Origin: a virus
Strand: one strand, 5' to 3'
Length of the DNA: 64,000 nt
IMG/VR virus record: IMGVR_UViG_3300035182_000466
Span: 106,062-170,061 of that record
The notes under the pieces were generated by a model, which ran no database searches, was not told the origin of the DNA, and saw only the letters and a program-made list of their open reading frames with translations. Positions 58,935 through 64,000 of the stretch are shown piece by piece. The first letter of the stretch is position 1. Each line of letters opens with the position of its first letter. Position numbers and translations under genes: made by a program.

Positions 58935-59061
58935 TTCTTTGTACTTCCTTTCTTTTCTTGTTACGGTATTTCTCTACCGCTTTGTAATCTGCTCAAAAAA
59001 TTGAGCAGTAATTTTAGTTATCATTATAAAATACATAAAAATTTTATGTCTTATATTTTAG

Positions 59062-59418
59062 TCATCTTACTATCTGTAGTTTAGAATTAGGCATAGAAGT
59101 TGCTGGCATTATACCAGTCTTTTTATGTATATAGCCATCTGAAATTTCTTTAGGAGCAATAATATATGATATTACTTGGTACTCTTCTATTGATACTCCT
59201 TTTCCATCATTACTAAATGGTGCCATATAGTCATGGATAATAGGCGATACGTTACCCATATTATCTATTTGACGTAAAGATAAACCATAGCAATGATCAA
59301 AATATTCTTTCTTTGTAATCTCGTCAAAACGTAATGTTCCTACAATAAACTCACCACTAACAAGTTTAGCAATAACAACTTCATCTACAACTTCAGTAGT
59401 TTGCTTGTTAAATAACAT
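59062..59418 (-). CDS. Phage Sm-like/beta-barrel hypothetical protein
   Basis: KLVSGEFIVG...Y...TGI pattern seen in T4-like phages. Confidence 0.45.
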   Translation of the reverse strand: MLFNKQTTEVVDEVVIAKLVSGEFIVGTLRFDEITKKEYFDHCYGLSLRQIDNMGNVSPIIHDYMAPFSNDGKGVSIEEYQVISYIIAPKEISDGYIHKKTGIMPATSMPNSKLQIVR

Positions 59419-59574
59419 TTAAGTATCACTCCTTTTTATTCTTTATTAATAATTCTTTTATCTTCTTTTCTAGTAAATTAAAGTCTACTGGTTTAGTAAA
59501 AACATGCTCAAGATTATTTTGTACTTTTTCATATTATAATAATTTCTATAAGATGTTATAGTAGTTGACATACC

Positions 59575-60663
59575 TCACAGCCATTTTTTCTTTTTAAACC
59601 ACAAGTAAATACCAATTATTATAAAAATATTTACAACTATAAATATGATATAACCTCCAATCAAGTGATTCTTTTGCTCAGGCATTTCCCAATTCATTCC
59701 ATACCAACCACAAAGAAAAGAGCCAGGTAAGAAGAATGCTGAGAGTATAGTCAAAAACTTCATTATCTCATTCATACGATTACTAGATATTGCAGAGCTC
59801 AAATCAACAATAGAAGATAAAGTAGCTTTGAATCTTTCAAGCATATCCAGTATCTGAGTTAAATGAATATCCACATCTTTTATATACGCAATACTATCTG
59901 CGGTTATTAAATTACTAAAGTCATCAACCAAGGAGTTGACAAGCTCTCTCATGGCTTTAGTATCTTGTAATATTGCTTGCACCTTATTTTTCATCTGATA
60001 TATTTCTTTCAAATGACTGGCAGGGTCATCAGAATTTACAATATTATTTTCCAACTCGCTAATTTCTTCATCAAGTTTGTCTGTCATAATGTAGTACATA
60101 TCAACAACATAATCAAGAATTACACAAGCTAAACGATCTGGACCTTTTCTACGAGTTTCTGATTGTTCTGATGAAAGTCTGTTAAACAATGGCTCAAACA
60201 TTTCATCATGTGTTTCTTGAAATGTAATAACTTCTTTCGGAGTCAACCATATTGATAACTGCTTACGATTAAACTCTAAGTTATAGTAAGTAAGTATAAA
60301 ACATATCTTATCATCTTTTGTTAAAATATGCGGCCGTTGATTTACGTTTAAGATGTCTTCAAGAATCATCGGAGGCAAATCAAATGCAGATACTGTATAT
60401 TGAATGCTTGCTACATTTTTAAAACCTTTTATCAGTAACCACTTGTTTATATCAGATTCAGTCCAGATTTCTTCATTGCTAGGATTTGTATCGAGTTTAA
60501 ATCCTTGCTCATTATAATGAGCTAACTCATATTTAGTTTCAAGGTCTGAACGCTCACCAGTATAGATAACAGTTCCTGGAGGCAATCCAAACTTTACAGA
60601 ACTCTTCATAAATTTTGCTATAAAACTATGTGTCTCAATGAGACTACATACTGTTTTTGACAC
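59575..60663 (-). CDS. corA: CorA Mg2+/Co2+ transporter
   Basis: GLPPGT, EDILNVNQRP, SNRMNEIMKFLT, signature YGMN..MPE, two C-terminal TMs ending KKKKWL; start uncertain (GTG 60663 or ATG 60609). Confidence 0.92.
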   Translation of the reverse strand: MSKTVCSLIETHSFIAKFMKSSVKFGLPPGTVIYTGERSDLETKYELAHYNEQGFKLDTNPSNEEIWTESDINKWLLIKGFKNVASIQYTVSAFDLPPMILEDILNVNQRPHILTKDDKICFILTYYNLEFNRKQLSIWLTPKEVITFQETHDEMFEPLFNRLSSEQSETRRKGPDRLACVILDYVVDMYYIMTDKLDEEISELENNIVNSDDPASHLKEIYQMKNKVQAILQDTKAMRELVNSLVDDFSNLITADSIAYIKDVDIHLTQILDMLERFKATLSSIVDLSSAISSNRMNEIMKFLTILSAFFLPGSFLCGWYGMNWEMPEQKNHLIGGYIIFIVVNIFIIIGIYLWFKKKKWL

Positions 60664-61284
60664 CTTTAAAACAAGATATGCTAATAAACATTAGTCTTAC
60701 AATCTCTATGATGCCCATTTAAAGTCTCCCATTAGCTATAGGTGACATGAACTTAAAAGCTGTTTTATAGACTCTCCTTATTAGATTTTTAGCTAATCAG
60801 AGCTTCTAAGTTCATTGATGCACGTTATGATTTTATATCATATATTCATTGTATTTCTATATAAATTCATAGTTTTATTAATGCTTGATAATAAATTTTT
60901 CCCATCTTAGGATGAGATTCTATAACTATACCACCTGTTACAGAGTATTGACCTTCTTTTAAGAGAGAGTTTACTTCTCGTTCTAAATCTTTTATGTCAT
61001 ATTCTCTTATTATCTTATACAACGGAAACTGCACTGCACACTCCTTCAGACTTATTAAAAACATTACCACAGAAAACACACTCTACTAAGTTATTTTTTA
61101 ATTCAGGATCTCTAAGTTTATGTATTCCAGAAGTATTACATTTAGGACAAGTTGCACGTTTATTCTTGGTAATACTAGGTTTTCTCTTTATAGGTTTCTT
61201 CTCAATAGACGCATAGTATTCAGCATGACTGCTATTCATAAATAAAGACATGTTAAAGTCCTCTTCCTCTTTATATAAAAATTA

Positions 61285-62745
61285 TCAGTAAGAATATAAG
61301 TTTGTTGTAGGTCTAGTACAGGAAACATACAAACATTTCATGGCTTCTCTTTTATTAGAGTTGGCTAAAATATCTTGTTGGTCTACATATACTTCTTTGT
61401 AAGTACTTCCTTGTGCTCTGTGTGCTGTAAGAGCATATCCATATCTAACTTTATTAAATTTTGATTTAGTTCTCCAAAAATCACTCCATGCATCTTTTCT
61501 CTCTGTGCCTTTTAACCATTTAGCTTTAAGAGCTTTTTTATTTAAAATACTATCTATGAGTGAAACATCTTTAGGAATATTTAGGAATAAAGTCTTATCA
61601 CCTTTAACGGTTAAACATGTAACTGGAACTGAAATATTATCAACTATAACCATAGAGTCTTCTACTCTTTCTACTCTATACTCATCATCTACATAGGCTA
61701 TTATTTGTTTATCCTGTTCTATGGGTTCGGCGATAAGAATTATCTCATTTATACAAAACCTATCTTTAAATCCAAGATGCTGCCGTATGATATTATTATA
61801 ATACTCTACTGTTTTGTTACGCCAAGCAATAACTTTGGAATGAACCAAATCATCTACCGTGTTTATACTATTAAGTAATTTTGCTTCAAAGTCTCTTTTA
61901 GAAGAGTACATCCAGACACCAGATGTAGTGTGATCATTCTTTAAAGGGCTTGACCAATCCTTATTTAAAAGTCTATTGCGTATAGCAGAAGCTAATGTGA
62001 GTAATTGATTATCATGTCTAACAATTTTCTTTAAAACCGCAATGTTATTTGGATCTTCCGTTACCTTCCATGCTCTTGTTTTATCTTCCCCTACAGGTGG
62101 TAATTGAGCAGGATCACCTACATAAAGTATCTTAATACCACTAGATAATCTTATGTCATCTATTACTGAGCATAAAACCTTTCCACACATAGAAGCTTCA
62201 TCTATTACTAATACTGAGTTTTTAGGAAAATAGGGAGGTGTTTCACTTTGAGTTAAACGTAATTCATCCTCTACTTGTTCCATTCTTAAACCTAAAGTAG
62301 AATAAGTTGTTTTTATCTTAGCCGTAGGTCCTAACAACTCTATCAATACCTTTGTGGCTTTGTTAGTAGGAGCACTAAAATATATATTGTCTTTTATATC
62401 TTTTAACAACTGAAGTAAAAATGTCTTTCCAGTACCTGCATAACCTTTTAATACAAAATAAGGTTCATCTGGTTTTAACAACCATTTGAAGATCTTATCT
62501 ATAGCTTCTTTCTGATCTATGCTAAGTTTTACTATTTTATTACCAACCTTAACTTCTACTATATTTTCAGTATCAGTGTAAATTAAAGGATTACCACCAA
62601 ATAATTGGTAATTAGCACAATACATGTTCACTTTTTGTATTAAGCTATATTTAGTTTTATCAATATCTGAGAGTAAACCGGTAGCTAGTAAAGCCTCATT
62701 TAGCTTTTTAGCTTGATCTAACAATTCCTTATCCATACTATCCAT
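61285..62745 (-). CDS. SF1B DNA helicase (T4 Dda/RecD-like)
   Basis: GYAGTGKT, APTNKA, IDEASM, GDPAQLPPV, YALTAHRAQGSTY, LYVSCTR. Confidence 0.92.
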   Translation of the reverse strand: MDSMDKELLDQAKKLNEALLATGLLSDIDKTKYSLIQKVNMYCANYQLFGGNPLIYTDTENIVEVKVGNKIVKLSIDQKEAIDKIFKWLLKPDEPYFVLKGYAGTGKTFLLQLLKDIKDNIYFSAPTNKATKVLIELLGPTAKIKTTYSTLGLRMEQVEDELRLTQSETPPYFPKNSVLVIDEASMCGKVLCSVIDDIRLSSGIKILYVGDPAQLPPVGEDKTRAWKVTEDPNNIAVLKKIVRHDNQLLTLASAIRNRLLNKDWSSPLKNDHTTSGVWMYSSKRDFEAKLLNSINTVDDLVHSKVIAWRNKTVEYYNNIIRQHLGFKDRFCINEIILIAEPIEQDKQIIAYVDDEYRVERVEDSMVIVDNISVPVTCLTVKGDKTLFLNIPKDVSLIDSILNKKALKAKWLKGTERKDAWSDFWRTKSKFNKVRYGYALTAHRAQGSTYKEVYVDQQDILANSNKREAMKCLYVSCTRPTTNLYSY

Positions 62746-63202
62746 AAACTTCAGCTTTCTTTTTCATTGCTTTCAATAATTGTGCTTGTATATCTAATAC
62801 ATCAATAGCCATTCTTATGCTTATAGGATCTGTGTCCTTTATTGAATCCCATAAGATCTTTATGGTATAAGTATTAGTATCAAGAATAAAATCTTCATTT
62901 TCTTTTAACTTCTCATCTCGAGCATACACAGTACAGTCTATGTACTTGAACTTAGGTATTTTCATTCCTGAATCTACAAATTGCTTATACGTTATAGGAT
63001 GACAATTAGCTAGTTGAAAAGTTTCACCATACAGGATATTAGATTCTTTTGGAATACCTGTTAAAAATGTTACAAGTTTAATATCACCATCTATGGGTTG
63101 TAATAAAACTTCTTCTTCCAAGAATCTTCTACATTTACTTACGATATTTTCATCGACTTGGTTGATTGGTAACTGGTATCCTATAAAAAAGTATGGGTAC
63201 AT
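62738..63202 (-). CDS. Hypothetical protein
   Basis: 154 aa, coupled to the helicase gene. Confidence 0.65.
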   Translation of the reverse strand: MYPYFFIGYQLPINQVDENIVSKCRRFLEEEVLLQPIDGDIKLVTFLTGIPKESNILYGETFQLANCHPITYKQFVDSGMKIPKFKYIDCTVYARDEKLKENEDFILDTNTYTIKILWDSIKDTDPISIRMAIDVLDIQAQLLKAMKKKAEVYG

Positions 63203-63564
63203 ATCACTGATCCTTTTTCTATTCCTTCACGCTTACACAAATCTGCAATATTTGGACTGACAATTCTTCCTTTTACTTTATAGTGATAATACTCTTTAGG
63301 AAAATCCGGTTCTATGTAGCATTCGTTATCTACGAAACCAATAGTATGTTCTATCATGTTGCAGATTTCTTCTGCAAACATTCTTCTATTAAATTTACTA
63401 TACGCAAAATATTCTCCTTCAAGTTCAGAGAGTATAAATGCTTCATAGCTTTCACGAGTAGAAAATTCTACTAACTTAGGTATATTAAATCCACGTCCTG
63501 CTACAATAATTTCCTTCTTAACATGATTTACTATTAAGTAACTTGGATAATAGATATTAGCCAT
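63181..63564 (-). CDS. Hypothetical protein
   Basis: 127 aa in operon. Confidence 0.6.
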   Translation of the reverse strand: MANIYYPSYLIVNHVKKEIIVAGRGFNIPKLVEFSTRESYEAFILSELEGEYFAYSKFNRRMFAEEICNMIEHTIGFVDNECYIEPDFPKEYYHYKVKGRIVSPNIADLCKREGIEKGSVICTHTFL

Positions 63565-63862
63565 GATTAATAAGACCTCTAAGTTTATTCGGTTCTAATA
63601 GACATAGTTTTCTTAGACCAACCTGAATCCAACTCTCTTCTCTAAAGTCAATACAATTTAAATTAGAACAACCTTTTCCTGTTAAGTATGAACCACAAAG
63701 TAAGCAGGACTCAGCTTTGCCTCCAATAACTAAAGAATCAGATACTTGAATAGCTCCTTTAGCAATGTTCTTAATAACGTTATACTCCTTAGGCTGGTCT
63801 AATTCAATTTCAACTTTTTTAGTAGATCTTTTCTTTTGAGTTGTGTCAATAGTAGCTGGCAT
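63557..63862 (-). CDS. Hypothetical protein with Cys4 motif
   Basis: CLLCG...CSNLNC. Confidence 0.6.
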   Translation of the reverse strand: MPATIDTTQKKRSTKKVEIELDQPKEYNVIKNIAKGAIQVSDSLVIGGKAESCLLCGSYLTGKGCSNLNCIDFREESWIQVGLRKLCLLEPNKLRGLINHG

Positions 63863-63904
63863 AATTCATTTCCTTTTAGTTCTTAATTTACTACATCTAC
63901 TATT

Positions 63905-63914
63905 TATTAACAGT
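63905..63914 (-). promoter_or_regulatory. ACTGTTAATA motif
   Basis: Directly downstream of the hairpin at 63920-63950 and upstream of the ORF starting at 63862. Confidence 0.55.
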
Positions 63915-63919
63915 ATTAG

Positions 63920-63950
63920 AAAGAGAGCAAAAGACAATTTTGCTCTCTTT
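63920..63950. terminator. Hairpin terminator
   Basis: AAAGAGAGCAAAA-GACAA-TTTTGCTCTCTTT. Confidence 0.75.
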
Positions 63951-64000
63951 ATTTTAGTCTATTTCTTACTCCTTATTTTAAATACTATACTATTACTTAC

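Noticed and set aside
1-64000. Stop-codon reassignment (TAG or TGA), as in some large phages
   Set aside because: Long conserved genes are intact in code 11 and end at TAA, TAG and TGA at expected positions; no suppressor tRNA was seen.

Overview
AT-rich (about 70% by eye) segment of a large contractile-tailed (jumbo-type) phage genome. Spanins indicate a Gram-negative host, and the class II RNR, radical SAM load and tmRNA tag tentatively suggest an anaerobic Desulfuromonadales/Geobacter-like host. The + strand (1-24102) carries baseplate and tail-fibre genes, a tight operon of four radical SAM enzymes, a large Ig-like repeat protein, lysis genes, an NAD-dependent DNA ligase and probable virion proteins. 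The - strand (24164-64000) carries spanins, a LigD phosphoesterase, ThyX, macro and SLOG domains, Tmk, an intein-containing NrdJ, many small ORFs and gene remnants, three intact tRNAs, a pseudo-tRNA, a tmRNA, a cold-shock protein, CorA and a Dda-like helicase. The top candidate for an undescribed system is a tail fibre ending in a RiPP-like core (CGCTCTCTCQCTAPCNCC), followed directly by three radical SAM/SPASM enzymes and a TRAM-less methylthiotransferase, which suggests enzymatic post-translational modification of a virion fibre. Also notable are a 440-nt tmRNA with a 25-aa tag, an unassigned pseudoknotted RNA, and a recurring AAWACTGTWAATA promoter-like motif. All family calls come from motif recognition by eye; no searches were run.
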